From: Lentisphaeria bacterium
Lineage (GTDB): Bacteria > Verrucomicrobiota > Lentisphaeria > JABSQK01 > JAWLHB01
Direction of reading: 5' to 3'
Assembly: GCA_041690595.1 (NCBI GenBank)
Contig: JAWLHB010000010.1
Coordinates: 62,001 to 126,000, forward strand
Length of the DNA stretch: 64,000 nucleotides
Positions 1 to 9,436 of the stretch are shown here, in pieces (position 1 is the stretch's first letter; the number at the start of each line of letters is the position of its first letter). The notes under the pieces are model-generated. The model saw only the letters and a program-made list of their open reading frames with translations. It had not been told where the DNA came from and made no database searches. The position numbers were made by a program, and so were the translations under genes.

Positions 1-1011
1 AGCTTCAGTCAGCCCTTCTGGGGTACACTCAGTGATCGCTGGGGGCGCGGCAATCTGGTGCTCTTCGGGCCGCTGATCGCGTTGATCATGCTGAGCCTGG
101 TGGGACTTACCTTCTCGTATTGGATGGTGCTGGTTCTGGTGATCGGTTCAGGACTTGGAGTTGCCATGTTCCATCCCGAAGCTACGGCGCACGCCGGTGC
201 CGCCAGCGCCCGCTTCCGCTCTGCCGGTGTGGCGCTCTTCGTCATCAGCGGCCACGTTGGCTTGGGCGCCGGACCGATGCTGTCGGGTTGGCTGACCGAG
301 GCGCATGGTCTGGAAAAGAGCTGGTGGCTGCTGGCGCCCGGCCTGCTGCTCTGCGGTGCAGCGGCATTGGGGCTGCATCGTTCCCGACCGGTCACCAAAC
401 GACGCCCGCTGCCGATCCATGCGGCCTGGGGCAGTCATCGCCGGGTCATGATGCCCCTTCTGATTCTCTCCACGCTGCGAGCCTTTGTGGGAACCTCACT
501 CAGTTTCGGCATGCCCTTCTGGTGGAAGGATCTGGGTATGAATCCCCAGCAGATCGGCCTGCTGAGCGGGCTCTTTCTCTTCAGCGGCGGCGTCACGGGC
601 TTCTTCTGCGGTCTGATCGTGCGGGATGGCCGAGAGAAACCATGGATCGTATGGAGTTTCCTGGTGACCCTGCCGGCTCTCTACTGGCTCTCACGGCAGA
701 ATGCCTATGGCGCCATGATTCTGGGGGTCATTCTTGCCGGTGCCGCCCTCAATGCGACGATCCCCATGGTGCTGGTGCGGGCGCAGCGGGAGATGCCCGG
801 CGGTGAGAGCGCGGCCGCATCGCTGATTCTGGGGGTGGCGTGGGGCCTCGGGGGAGCGATCGCCCCGCCGCTGATGCGCCTGGCTCAGCCACATCTGGGG
901 CACATCGCCACTATCCAATGGCTCTCCATCGGGCTGATCGGGGCGATCGCGAGCAGCCTCATCCTGCCTCGTCGCCCGCTGGCGGCGCCACTCGACGCCA
1001 CTGCTTCGTGA
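1..1011 (+). CDS. MFS transporter (Fsr-like), 5'-truncated by window edge
   Basis: Frame is open from base 1 (SFSQPFWGTLSDRWGRG, MFS motif A), followed by FHPEA and many hydrophobic helices. Confidence 0.85.
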   Translation, partial: SFSQPFWGTLSDRWGRGNLVLFGPLIALIMLSLVGLTFSYWMVLVLVIGSGLGVAMFHPEATAHAGAASARFRSAGVALFVISGHVGLGAGPMLSGWLTEAHGLEKSWWLLAPGLLLCGAAALGLHRSRPVTKRRPLPIHAAWGSHRRVMMPLLILSTLRAFVGTSLSFGMPFWWKDLGMNPQQIGLLSGLFLFSGGVTGFFCGLIVRDGREKPWIVWSFLVTLPALYWLSRQNAYGAMILGVILAGAALNATIPMVLVRAQREMPGGESAAASLILGVAWGLGGAIAPPLMRLAQPHLGHIATIQWLSIGLIGAIASSLILPRRPLAAPLDATAS

Positions 1012-1016
1012 TGATC

Positions 1017-1031
1017 TGGCACGCTCTTCGC
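1017..1031 (+). promoter_or_regulatory. Putative sigma-54 (-24/-12) promoter upstream of hybrid kinase
   Basis: TGGCACGCTCTTCGC has GG-N10-GC spacing and one mismatch to TGGCACG-N4-TTGC; it is intergenic. Confidence 0.4.
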
Positions 1032-1155
1032 GATCTGGGTATCGTTCTTGATGTTTGGTCAGGCTACACTATTAGTAAGAACAGTGAGCTTGACAGCCAC
1101 CCACTCTGACCTCTATCTCCCGCCACCGACGCTTTGACAACCAGGCAGAGGGTTC

Positions 1156-2766
1156 ATGAAGCACGACCTGAAGATTCTGGTGATCGACGATAGCAAGACA
1201 AGCAGAAAGCTACTCAGGACTTACGCCTGCGCAACGGACTTCAAGGTGGAAATGGCTGAGGCCGATGATGGACGTACCGGGCTCAGGCTTCTGGCTGAAG
1301 ACCATTATGACTGCGTCTTTCTTGACTATATCCTGCCGGACCTGGATGGTCTTCAGGTGCTGCGGCAGATCAAGCTTGGCGGCATGGACATCCCGGTGAT
1401 CGTCCTGACGGGCCAGGGCAGCGAGCCGCTCGCCGTCGAGATGATGAAGGCCGGCGCCGACGATTACGTCCCCAAGTGTGATCTGACGCCGGATGTCCTC
1501 TACCGCTGCCTGCGCAACGCGCAGCAGTTGGCGGAGGTCCGCAAGGATTTTCGCGAGGCCAACGCCAACATGGTCATCGCCCAGAACGAAGCGGCGCAGG
1601 CCCATCGCGCGCAGAGTGAATTCTTTACGCGGATGAGTCATGAGATCCGGACCCCGCTCAATGTCATCCTGGGTACCACTGACCTTCTCAAACAAACTCA
1701 GCTTACGCATGAGCAGCATGGTCTGGTCGAGACATGCGAGCGAGCCAGCAGCATGCTGATGGTGCTGATCAACGACATCCTTGACCTCTCGAAGGTGCAG
1801 TCGGGTGAACTCGAATTGAAGAGCGTGGCCTTCAACCTGCGGAACAGCTTTATCAATACATGCAAGATGATGGCGGTACAGGCCAAAGGCAAGGGGCTGG
1901 TCTTTCAGCATGAATTCGGCCCGGAACTGCCGGAGATGGTGGTGGGGGATTCAGACCGTCTGACCCAGATCCTGGTCAACCTGACCGGCAACGCGATCAA
2001 GTTCACGCGGCAGGGTTCCGTGCGCGTGATTGCTGAAGTCGATCCGGATCGCCCCGCACCGGGCGCCGTCCGCTTCCGCGTTGAAGACACGGGTATCGGG
2101 ATTCCAGCCGATAAACAGGAGATTATCTTCACCAGTTTCAACCAGGCGGATCGCTCCGTCTCGCATGAGTACGGCGGCACCGGCCTTGGCCTGGCGATCA
2201 CAAAGACGCTGGTGGAGAAAATGCACGGTCATGTTCGCGTCGAAAGTGAAGTCGGCAAGGGCAGCATCTTTCAGGTCACCGTCCTCTTCGGACTGCCCGA
2301 AAAAGCTGCATCCCCCCTTGCTGAAGACAGCGTACCTGAGCCCATGCGGCCGCCGCCTGTCAGCAAACCACATGCCCGCATCCTTGTCGCCGAAGACACC
2401 TTCGACAACCGCCTGCTGATCAAGAGCTTTCTCAAGCGCGCACCGGTGGAGGTGGAGTTTGCCTTCAATGGCCGTGACGCCTGCACCCGATTCCTCGAAG
2501 GGCATTTCGACGTCATCCTCATGGATATGGAGATGCCAGAGATGAACGGCTTCGAAGCTGCCGCCAGAATCCGCGAAATGGAGCGTGCGGCCGGTAAATC
2601 AGCAAATGAGTTCATCCCGATCATCGCCCTCACCGCGCATTCCTTTGTCGAAGAGAAGAACCGCTGCTTTGAGGCTGGATGCAGCGATTTTCTCATGAAG
2701 CCATTCAAGCGCGGCACACTGCTCGACAAGTTGCGCGAGCATGTCGGATCGCTCCCCGAGAGTTGA
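1156..2766 (+). CDS. Cytoplasmic hybrid histidine kinase (REC-HisKA-HATPase-REC)
   Basis: N-terminal REC (LVIDD...FLDYILP), H-box SHEIRTPL, N-box NLTGNAIKFT, G-boxes DTGIGI and GGTGLGL, C-terminal REC (AED...LMDMEMP...KP). No TM helix. Confidence 0.93.
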   Translation: MKHDLKILVIDDSKTSRKLLRTYACATDFKVEMAEADDGRTGLRLLAEDHYDCVFLDYILPDLDGLQVLRQIKLGGMDIPVIVLTGQGSEPLAVEMMKAGADDYVPKCDLTPDVLYRCLRNAQQLAEVRKDFREANANMVIAQNEAAQAHRAQSEFFTRMSHEIRTPLNVILGTTDLLKQTQLTHEQHGLVETCERASSMLMVLINDILDLSKVQSGELELKSVAFNLRNSFINTCKMMAVQAKGKGLVFQHEFGPELPEMVVGDSDRLTQILVNLTGNAIKFTRQGSVRVIAEVDPDRPAPGAVRFRVEDTGIGIPADKQEIIFTSFNQADRSVSHEYGGTGLGLAITKTLVEKMHGHVRVESEVGKGSIFQVTVLFGLPEKAASPLAEDSVPEPMRPPPVSKPHARILVAEDTFDNRLLIKSFLKRAPVEVEFAFNGRDACTRFLEGHFDVILMDMEMPEMNGFEAAARIREMERAAGKSANEFIPIIALTAHSFVEEKNRCFEAGCSDFLMKPFKRGTLLDKLREHVGSLPES

Positions 2767-2823
2767 AGTATGGGGTTGGCGCCTGTAGTTTAAGGCAAAG
2801 CCAATGTACATCAGCGATGCAGG

Positions 2824-3489
2824 ATGGAAGATCCAATAGACAGCGACAAGAGCGTCGACGAACGTCGACGCATGATTGAGCAGATATCCCGACACGGGGT
2901 GAAGGATGCGCGTATTCTCTCGGCCATGGAGAAGGTGCCCCGTCACCTTTTTATTCCTGTTAAGGGAATGGCTCTTGAGATGGCGTATGGCGATCATCCC
3001 CTGCCTATCGGATACGGGCAGACTATTTCTCAACCGTATATTGTGGCCTATATGACGGAGCGCCTGGATGCTTCCCCCGGAGAGAAGATTCTCGACGTGG
3101 GAACTGGCTCCGGCTACCAGGCAACCGTTCTCGCGGAAATCGGTTGTGACGTCTATACCATCGAATTGGAGCCCGAGCTGGCGGAACATGCCTGCAATCT
3201 CTTCAAGAAGCTCGGCTACGATAAAATCCACTGCAGACGGGGTAATGGTTATGAAGGTTGGGCGGAACACGCTCCCTTTGATGGTATCATTGCTGCGTGT
3301 GCACCCGAACAGATACCACGACCGCTTGTCGAGCAGCTTGCCGAGGGCGGACGCATGATACTCCCCGTAGGTGGGCAGGCGCAACGCCTGGTTATCGTGC
3401 GCAAGGAGCATGGCAGAATCGTTCAAGTTGACGATCTGCATGTTCGTTTCGTGCCCATGCGCGGCGAAATCGCCGGGGAAAATCCATAA
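2824..3489 (+). CDS. pcm: Protein-L-isoaspartate O-methyltransferase
   Basis: VPRHLF, LPIGYGQTISQPYIVA, SAM motif LDVGTGSGYQA, APFDGII, VRFVPM. Confidence 0.95.
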   Translation: MEDPIDSDKSVDERRRMIEQISRHGVKDARILSAMEKVPRHLFIPVKGMALEMAYGDHPLPIGYGQTISQPYIVAYMTERLDASPGEKILDVGTGSGYQATVLAEIGCDVYTIELEPELAEHACNLFKKLGYDKIHCRRGNGYEGWAEHAPFDGIIAACAPEQIPRPLVEQLAEGGRMILPVGGQAQRLVIVRKEHGRIVQVDDLHVRFVPMRGEIAGENP

Positions 3490-3507
3490 CATTTGAGGAA
3501 CCGATAC

Positions 3508-4971
3508 ATGCCTGAATCCATCGAGAAGCTTTTCACCGAAGAAGCTGGCGCCGTTTGGCGCCACTTCAGCGACATCAGCAGCATTCCGCGTCCGTCCAAG
3601 GACGAGGAGAGAATCCGGGAGCACCTGCTGGGGGTGGCAAAGAGCCATGGCTGGTTGACCCGCACCGACGCAGTGGGTAACATCGTCCTTTGCGTACCGG
3701 GAGAAGGACGTCTGCGCAATGCACCCACCCTGATTCTCCAGTCGCACATGGATATGGTCGGCGAGAAGAACAGCGACGTCGAGCATGACTTCAGCACAGA
3801 CCCGCTCAAGCTCATGCTCGTCGATGGTTGGATAAAGGCTGACGGAACCACGCTTGGCGCCGACAACGGCATCGGGGTGGCCTTGAGCCTTGCTGTGGCC
3901 GAAGCGCCACTGCCGGATCGGCTCCCCCTCGAACTGCTTGTCACCGTCGATGAAGAGACGGGGCTGACCGGCGCCATGGGCCTGGATCCCGATATCGTCA
4001 CCGGTCGCCACCTGCTCAATCTTGACAGCGAAGAAGACGATCTTTTCATCATCGGCTGTGCGGGAGGTATCGACATGGACGCGGCCTTCCCGGTCGATAC
4101 GACTCGCGGCCCCACAGCCCCGATCATGAGCATTCATCTTCGCGGCTTTCGCGGCGGCCATTCCGGCGTCCAGATCGATCAGGGGCGGGAAAATGCCATT
4201 CGGTCGGCGGCCTTGCTGGTTAATCGTCTGCGTTCCACCCGGCCTGGATTCGCCTTGCACTACATGGAGGGCGGCAACAAGAAGAACGCCATCCCGCGCG
4301 AATGCCGGATGATTGTCTCGGGTGTCCCCAAGGTGGCGCTCCGCGATGCCGCGGAGCAATTCCTGCAGGAGCTGCGGGTGACGGAATCGAAAGCGGTCAT
4401 CGACGTGGCGGAGTGTGATGAGGTTCACAATCAGGTGCTGTCGACAGGCGTCATCGATATGTTGCTGCGAGTGCCCAATGGAGTGATTGCGCGCGATCAG
4501 GCCATCGACAATCTGGTCCGCACGTCGAACAATCTCGCGGTAGTCCGGCAGGAGGATGGCGTCGTCCGCCTGACCCTGCACGGTCGTTCTTCATCGAATG
4601 AAGAGATGCAGACTCTGGCGCGCCAGGTGGAGGATCTTACCCGGGGATTTGGCGGCACCTTTACCGCGGGTGGAGCTTATCCCGGCTGGGAACCCGATAC
4701 CGGCTCCGCGCTCCTGCGCAAAGCCAAAGCCGTGTACACCACCATGTTCGAGAAGGAACCAGGCGTCGTCTCCATCCATGCCGGATTGGAAGCCGGCATC
4801 ATCGGGGACAAGCTCCAGACACGGGAACTGCTCTCCATCGGCCCCAATCTCGTCGATCCGCACTGCCCGGATGAACGGGTGGAGGTCGAGTCAGTGGATC
4901 GGGTCTTCCGGTTCGTGAAGGAGATCGTCAGTCAGTCCATGCTTCCCAGTCCGAGCCCCGGCCTGCGATAG
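3508..4971 (+). CDS. pepD: Aminoacyl-histidine dipeptidase (M20)
   Basis: IPRPS, LQSHMDMV, TTLGADNGIG, DEETGL, NLDSE, GGHSG, IHAGLE. ATG at 3508 follows GAGG. Confidence 0.92.
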   Translation: MPESIEKLFTEEAGAVWRHFSDISSIPRPSKDEERIREHLLGVAKSHGWLTRTDAVGNIVLCVPGEGRLRNAPTLILQSHMDMVGEKNSDVEHDFSTDPLKLMLVDGWIKADGTTLGADNGIGVALSLAVAEAPLPDRLPLELLVTVDEETGLTGAMGLDPDIVTGRHLLNLDSEEDDLFIIGCAGGIDMDAAFPVDTTRGPTAPIMSIHLRGFRGGHSGVQIDQGRENAIRSAALLVNRLRSTRPGFALHYMEGGNKKNAIPRECRMIVSGVPKVALRDAAEQFLQELRVTESKAVIDVAECDEVHNQVLSTGVIDMLLRVPNGVIARDQAIDNLVRTSNNLAVVRQEDGVVRLTLHGRSSSNEEMQTLARQVEDLTRGFGGTFTAGGAYPGWEPDTGSALLRKAKAVYTTMFEKEPGVVSIHAGLEAGIIGDKLQTRELLSIGPNLVDPHCPDERVEVESVDRVFRFVKEIVSQSMLPSPSPGLR

Positions 4972-4986
4972 CCGCCAGACGATGGC

Positions 4987-5019
4987 GCGCAGCAGGTCGA
5001 TTCCCATCGCCTGCTGCGC
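4987..5019 (+). other. GC-rich stem-loop downstream of pepD (no U-tract)
   Basis: GCGCAGCAGG-T-CGAT/TCCC/ATCG-CCTGCTGCGC forms a 14-bp stem with one bulge. Confidence 0.6.
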
Positions 5020-5063
5020 TCAACACCTCCTGTCAAAAAAACTTTTCCGGGAAATGACTTCGT

Positions 5064-5080
5064 TTTAGAACGGTTCTGAA
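5064..5080. promoter_or_regulatory. Palindromic operator resembling the Irr/Fur-family ICE box
   Basis: TTTAGAA-CGG-TTCTGAA versus TTTRGAA-N3-TTCYAAA (one mismatch); it abuts a TATAGT -10-like hexamer at 5082-5087. Confidence 0.45.
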
Positions 5081-5145
5081 TTATAGTCTGTGTGCGGCGC
5101 TTATGCCGCTACCGAAGCCGAATAAATCCAATTCAAGGAGACCAC

Positions 5146-5709
5146 ATGAAGAAGCTGATCATTGGAGTCTGCTCGCTGCTGACCGCACTTTCCGTTATGG
5201 CGGGCCCTGCCTGCTGCCCGACGCAGGCCAAGAAGACTGCTGAAGCAGAGGTCAAGGCGAAGCCCGTTCTTGCTGCCGCCGAAGCCAAGGCTGAATGTGC
5301 GGTCAAGGCCGATTGCGCTGACAAGACTGAATGTGCGGACAAGACCGAGTGCCCCGTGAAGCTGCAGGCGAGCACAGGCCAGATTGACACCAAGGCCCTG
5401 GCCGCGCTGCTGAAGACGGATGCCAAGGTCATCGTTCTCGACGCGCGTACAACCAAGTATGACAATGGCGAACGTATTCCTGGCGCCAAGTTGGTCGGGC
5501 CGACTCCGACCGATGCCCAGATCGCCGAGATGATTCCGGCAAAAGATTCCACCGTGGTCACCTACTGCGGTAGCGTCAAGTGCCCCCTGAGCGGCAAGCT
5601 CGCCACCAAGCTCCGGGATCTTGGTTACACCAACGTGCTCGAGTACAAGCCCGGCATTGCCAGCTGGGTAGAAGAGGGTAACAGCACGCAGAAGCTCGCT
5701 TCGAACTGA
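5146..5709 (+). CDS. Exported rhodanese-like protein with Cys-rich repeat linker
   Basis: AAGGAG RBS, signal peptide MKKLIIGVCSLLTALSVMA, rhodanese motifs VLDAR, RIPGA, active loop YCGSVKC, LGYTNV, GIASW. Confidence 0.85.
   Translation: MKKLIIGVCSLLTALSVMAGPACCPTQAKKTAEAEVKAKPVLAAAEAKAECAVKADCADKTECADKTECPVKLQASTGQIDTKALAALLKTDAKVIVLDARTTKYDNGERIPGAKLVGPTPTDAQIAEMIPAKDSTVVTYCGSVKCPLSGKLATKLRDLGYTNVLEYKPGIASWVEEGNSTQKLASN
5290..5361 (+). repeat. 4 x 18-bp degenerate coding tandem repeat (AECAVK/ADCADK/TECADK/TECPVK)
   Basis: gctgaatgtgcggtcaag gccgattgcgctgacaag actgaatgtgcggacaag accgagtgccccgtgaag. Confidence 0.85.
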
Positions 5710-5726
5710 TAGTCCGTTTCGCTCTC

Positions 5727-5761
5727 AAGGGCCGGCACGTTCTGAATGTGCCGGCCTTTTT
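5727..5761 (+). terminator. Rho-independent terminator
   Basis: GGCCGGCAC...GTGCCGGCC 9-bp stem followed by TTTTT, just after the rhodanese stop. Confidence 0.85.
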
Positions 5762-5828
5762 CGTGTCTGCGCATGTTGAGAGACGACGGAAAGCTGGCAT
5801 AGTGTGGGTAGCACAGCGAGGGCAATGC

Positions 5829-6818
5829 ATGAGTGGCCGCATCTACATATCGAGTCGACGGGATACTCCCTTCAACCTGGCTATGGAAGAGGAGCTGATG
5901 GCTCGGTTACAACCCCAGGGCTGGTTCCTCTTTCTGTGGGCTGGGGAACCGGCGGTCGTGATCGGCAAGCACCAGAATCCTTGGGCGGAGTGCCGCCTCG
6001 CGGAGATGGAGCGCGATGGGGTCCGCCTGGCGCGGCGCGTCTCCGGCGGCGGCGCCGTTTACCATGATCCCGGTAACCTCAACTACAGCTTCATCGTGCC
6101 GCGCGACCATTACGACCGCGAGATCATCCAGAGGATTGCCCTCGCAGCCATTCACCGGCTGGGTATTCCGGCGACCATCGGAGAGCGCCATATTCTGGAG
6201 GTCGACGGGCGCAAGTTCAGCGGCAATGCCTTCTGCTATCGCCGGCAGGCCGTTCTGCATCACGGGACGGTCCTGATCGATGCGGATCTGGAGCGCCTGC
6301 ACCGGTACCTGGCGGAATCTGAGCGAATCGAGACCAGTCGGGCCATCGCCTCAGTTCCCTCCCCGGTCATCAACCTCACGTCCATCCGCCCTACTCTCAC
6401 CGTTGCCGAGACCATTCAGGCATTTGCGGCTGCGGCGGAAGATCATTTCCAGACTCCCGGCATACTTCCCGAAGATCCCGCGATGCTGCTGACACCTGAC
6501 CTTCAACTCAAGATCGAACAGCATACCACCTGGCGATGGCTCTACGGAAACACGCCCCTCTTCAACGTAAACTGGCAGCTGGCGTTGCCCGGTGGTCATG
6601 CGCAACTGGCGCTCGACATCAATCGCGGCATTGTCACCAGCGCCAATCTCAGCGGGACGCCGCCGGAGCTGGCGGTGAAGACCGCCGAGCTTCTTTCCGG
6701 TTGCGCCTTCATCCCCTTTCACATGGCGCAACGCCTGCGGGAAAACGCGGGGGGCCTGGCGGCTATTGATGACCTTGCGAAGTGCCTCCTTTCACGCGCC
6801 TCCACCACCCTCACTTGA
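5829..6818 (+). CDS. lplA: Lipoate-protein ligase A
   Basis: FNLAMEE, VVIGKHQNPW, RRVSGGGAVYHD, RKFSGNA, HHGTVL. Confidence 0.93.
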   Translation: MSGRIYISSRRDTPFNLAMEEELMARLQPQGWFLFLWAGEPAVVIGKHQNPWAECRLAEMERDGVRLARRVSGGGAVYHDPGNLNYSFIVPRDHYDREIIQRIALAAIHRLGIPATIGERHILEVDGRKFSGNAFCYRRQAVLHHGTVLIDADLERLHRYLAESERIETSRAIASVPSPVINLTSIRPTLTVAETIQAFAAAAEDHFQTPGILPEDPAMLLTPDLQLKIEQHTTWRWLYGNTPLFNVNWQLALPGGHAQLALDINRGIVTSANLSGTPPELAVKTAELLSGCAFIPFHMAQRLRENAGGLAAIDDLAKCLLSRASTTLT

Positions 6819-6838
6819 CCTGCCAAAGGATTTCTATC

Positions 6839-7375
6839 ATGAGCATCACTACTCGCACCGGCGACACTGGCACCACCAGCCTCTATTCCGGTGAACGCGT
6901 CGACAAGTGCTCCGCCCGCCCCGCGGCTCTCGGCGATCTGGATGAACTGGCATCCATTCTCGGTCTGGCGCGCCTGCACTGCACCAGCCAACGCAATCGC
7001 AACCAGCTTCTTACCCTCCAGAGGCGGCTCTTCGTCGTCGGTGCCGAGATTGCTACCACGCCTGAAAAGCTGAGCCGCCTGCGCCGTCGCCTCGATGACG
7101 ATCTTCTGGCGGAACTGGATGGCTGGCGCGATGCGCTGGAGGCGGAAGTCGAGCTGCCCAACGGCTTTGTGGTACCCGCCGCCTCACCGGCCGCGGCCTA
7201 CCTCGATCATGCCCGTGCCGTTTCGCGCCGTTGCGAGCGCGACATTGTAGCCCTGTACCGCTCGGGCGATGTCACCAACGAACAGTTGCTGGCCTGGGTG
7301 AATCGTCTCTCGGATTATCTCTACCTGATGGCGCGATCGGAAGAGGAAGAGCCAATCATGGTGAACGTGGAATGA
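6839..7375 (+). CDS. pduO: ATP:cob(I)alamin adenosyltransferase, PduO type
   Basis: ITTRTGDTGTTSL, GDLDEL, RAVSRRCER, NRLSDYLY. Confidence 0.9.
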   Translation: MSITTRTGDTGTTSLYSGERVDKCSARPAALGDLDELASILGLARLHCTSQRNRNQLLTLQRRLFVVGAEIATTPEKLSRLRRRLDDDLLAELDGWRDALEAEVELPNGFVVPAASPAAAYLDHARAVSRRCERDIVALYRSGDVTNEQLLAWVNRLSDYLYLMARSEEEEPIMVNVE

Positions 7376-8322
7376 CGACCGCAACACGCTGGGAAGAGGC
7401 CGCGATGCGATTGCGCCAGGCGCGGGTTCAATGCCGCCAGGATGTGCCACTGACCGAGGTGACGACCTTTCGCCTGGGTGGTCCAACGCCCCTGCTGATC
7501 GACTGCGAGAGTGCCGACGAGTTGATCGTTACCGTGAAGCTGCTTGCGGAATGCGCCCTGCCCTACGTGTTGATTGGCGGCGGTTCAAACCTACTGGCTG
7601 CGGACGCGGGGCTTTCGCGAGCAGTCGTGCGCTACCTCCGCCCAACTCCCCAACTGGCATTTGACGGAACGTGCGTGGAGGTTAGCGGCTGCAGCTCGTT
7701 TGACGACTTGGCGCGGCTTTGTTCCGAGCGTGGCCTGGGTGAAGCTGTTCTTGGATCAGGAATCCCCGGGACCGTGGGGGGCGCCATTGTGGGCAATGCG
7801 GGTGCGTTCGGCTGGCAGATCGGCGACAGCGTGCTGGCTGTCCGCCTGCTGGGCCGCGATGGCACCGTACGCGAATGTCCGGCAAGCGACGTTACCTTCA
7901 GTTATCGGCACTCCTCGCTGAAGGAGAGCCAGGAGATCGTCCTCTCCGCGACCCTTTGCTTCCCGCTTGCCGAAGCGGCGCAGATGCAGGCAGAGCGGCA
8001 GCGGATACTTGCCTTGCGCAAGGAGAAGCATCCGGACTTGGCTCATGATGGCTGCGCGGGCAGTTTCTTCCGCAATGTCGAGCCGACCAGTCGTGCCGAG
8101 CGGCGTCAGGCAGCCGGCTGGTTTCTGGAACAGGTGGGAGCGAAGGAGATGCAGGTAGGCGGCGCGGGCGTCTTCTCCCGGCACGCCAACATCATCGTCA
8201 AGCGCACCAGGGACTGTACCGCGGCGGACGTGCGGGCCCTCGCGGAAAAGATGGCGCGCGCGGTTGAGGAACGTTTCGGCCTGACGCTGGTCAGAGAGGT
8301 TGAACTACTGGGGATGGAATAG
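7372..8322 (+). CDS. murB: UDP-N-acetylmuramate dehydrogenase
   Basis: TTFRLGG, IGGGSNLL, GIPGTVGGAIVGNAGA, FSYRHS, AGSFFRN, HANII, LVREV. ATGA overlap with pduO. Confidence 0.92.
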   Translation: MTTATRWEEAAMRLRQARVQCRQDVPLTEVTTFRLGGPTPLLIDCESADELIVTVKLLAECALPYVLIGGGSNLLAADAGLSRAVVRYLRPTPQLAFDGTCVEVSGCSSFDDLARLCSERGLGEAVLGSGIPGTVGGAIVGNAGAFGWQIGDSVLAVRLLGRDGTVRECPASDVTFSYRHSSLKESQEIVLSATLCFPLAEAAQMQAERQRILALRKEKHPDLAHDGCAGSFFRNVEPTSRAERRQAAGWFLEQVGAKEMQVGGAGVFSRHANIIVKRTRDCTAADVRALAEKMARAVEERFGLTLVREVELLGME

Positions 8323-8323
8323 C

Positions 8324-9436
8324 ATGAAAATAGCGGCACTGATCCTGGTTTCGATGACGTTGATGGTCCGCGGCAGCGAATGGCCCGTCTATCGCGGGGA
8401 ACGAAACCTGCGCGGTATGACCAGGGAACAGGTGCCCGACGCGCCACAACTCCTCTGGCGGGTGGAAATTGGCGGCCATCTGCCGGGCGGCGCGATCCTT
8501 TCCGGCGGTATTCTTTATTCGGCGTCGACCAAGGGGATCGTCGTGGCGCTCGATGCCGACACGGGGGACGAGCGGTGGCGACGTACCTTTACCGAGCCAT
8601 TCGAGGCGCCTCCACTTGTCCATGATGGCTGGCTTTATCTGGGCAGCGCCGACGGCACCTTTCATGCCCTGGATGCCGCCAATGGCGAATCGCGTTGGAG
8701 TTTCGCGGCGGACGACCGCATTCTTGGCGGGGCCACATGGCTGCCAGCGGCAGGCGATACCCCGACCCGAATTCTCTTCGGCAGTTACGACACGAAGCTG
8801 TATTGTCTTGGCGCCGAAGACGGGAAACTGCTGTGGAGCTATGCCACCGAGAACTTCATCAATGGCACTCCGGCGGTGGAAGGAAACCGGGTCGTCTTCG
8901 GCGGCTGTGATTCACGTCTTCATATTCTGGATGCGACCACGGGGCAGCCCCTGCACAAGGTTCTCCTTGCTGAATATGTCGCCAGTTCACCCGCGCTTGC
9001 CGACGGTATTGCCTACGTCGCCAACTATGGCAGGGAGTTGGCCGCCGTCGATCTGGAGAGCGGCAAACTCCTCTGGTCGAATGTCGAGAGCGGCGATGCC
9101 TATTTCACCACTCCCGCCGTTACCGAGACCCAGGTGATTGCCGGCAATCGTGATCGGCATGTGCATGCTCTGTCACGACAGGAGGGGAAGCTGGTCTGGA
9201 GCTTTCGCGCGCGGCATACCGTCGACAGCTCACCCATCGTGGCGGGTGAACGCGTCATTGTCGGTTCGACGGACGGGCGGCTCTACCTTCTCGATGCCGC
9301 CAACGGTCGGGAAGTCTGGTCATATCTGGTTGGGAAGCCGATCGTGGCTTCGCCCGCCGTCAGCGGTGGCGTTATCTACATTACTGCCGGCGACGGCGCC
9401 ATCTATGCCTTCGGGGAAGGATCGGAGAAACCATGA
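8324..9436 (+). CDS. PQQ-like beta-propeller protein (BamB-like), exported
   Basis: Signal peptide then WPVYRG; repeated ALDA-x-TG-x-x-x-W blades. Confidence 0.88.
   Translation: MKIAALILVSMTLMVRGSEWPVYRGERNLRGMTREQVPDAPQLLWRVEIGGHLPGGAILSGGILYSASTKGIVVALDADTGDERWRRTFTEPFEAPPLVHDGWLYLGSADGTFHALDAANGESRWSFAADDRILGGATWLPAAGDTPTRILFGSYDTKLYCLGAEDGKLLWSYATENFINGTPAVEGNRVVFGGCDSRLHILDATTGQPLHKVLLAEYVASSPALADGIAYVANYGRELAAVDLESGKLLWSNVESGDAYFTTPAVTETQVIAGNRDRHVHALSRQEGKLVWSFRARHTVDSSPIVAGERVIVGSTDGRLYLLDAANGREVWSYLVGKPIVASPAVSGGVIYITAGDGAIYAFGEGSEKP

Noticed and set aside
2599..4581. 660-aa minus-strand ORF
   Set aside because: Antisense to pcm and pepD with no motifs; a typical high-GC shadow ORF.
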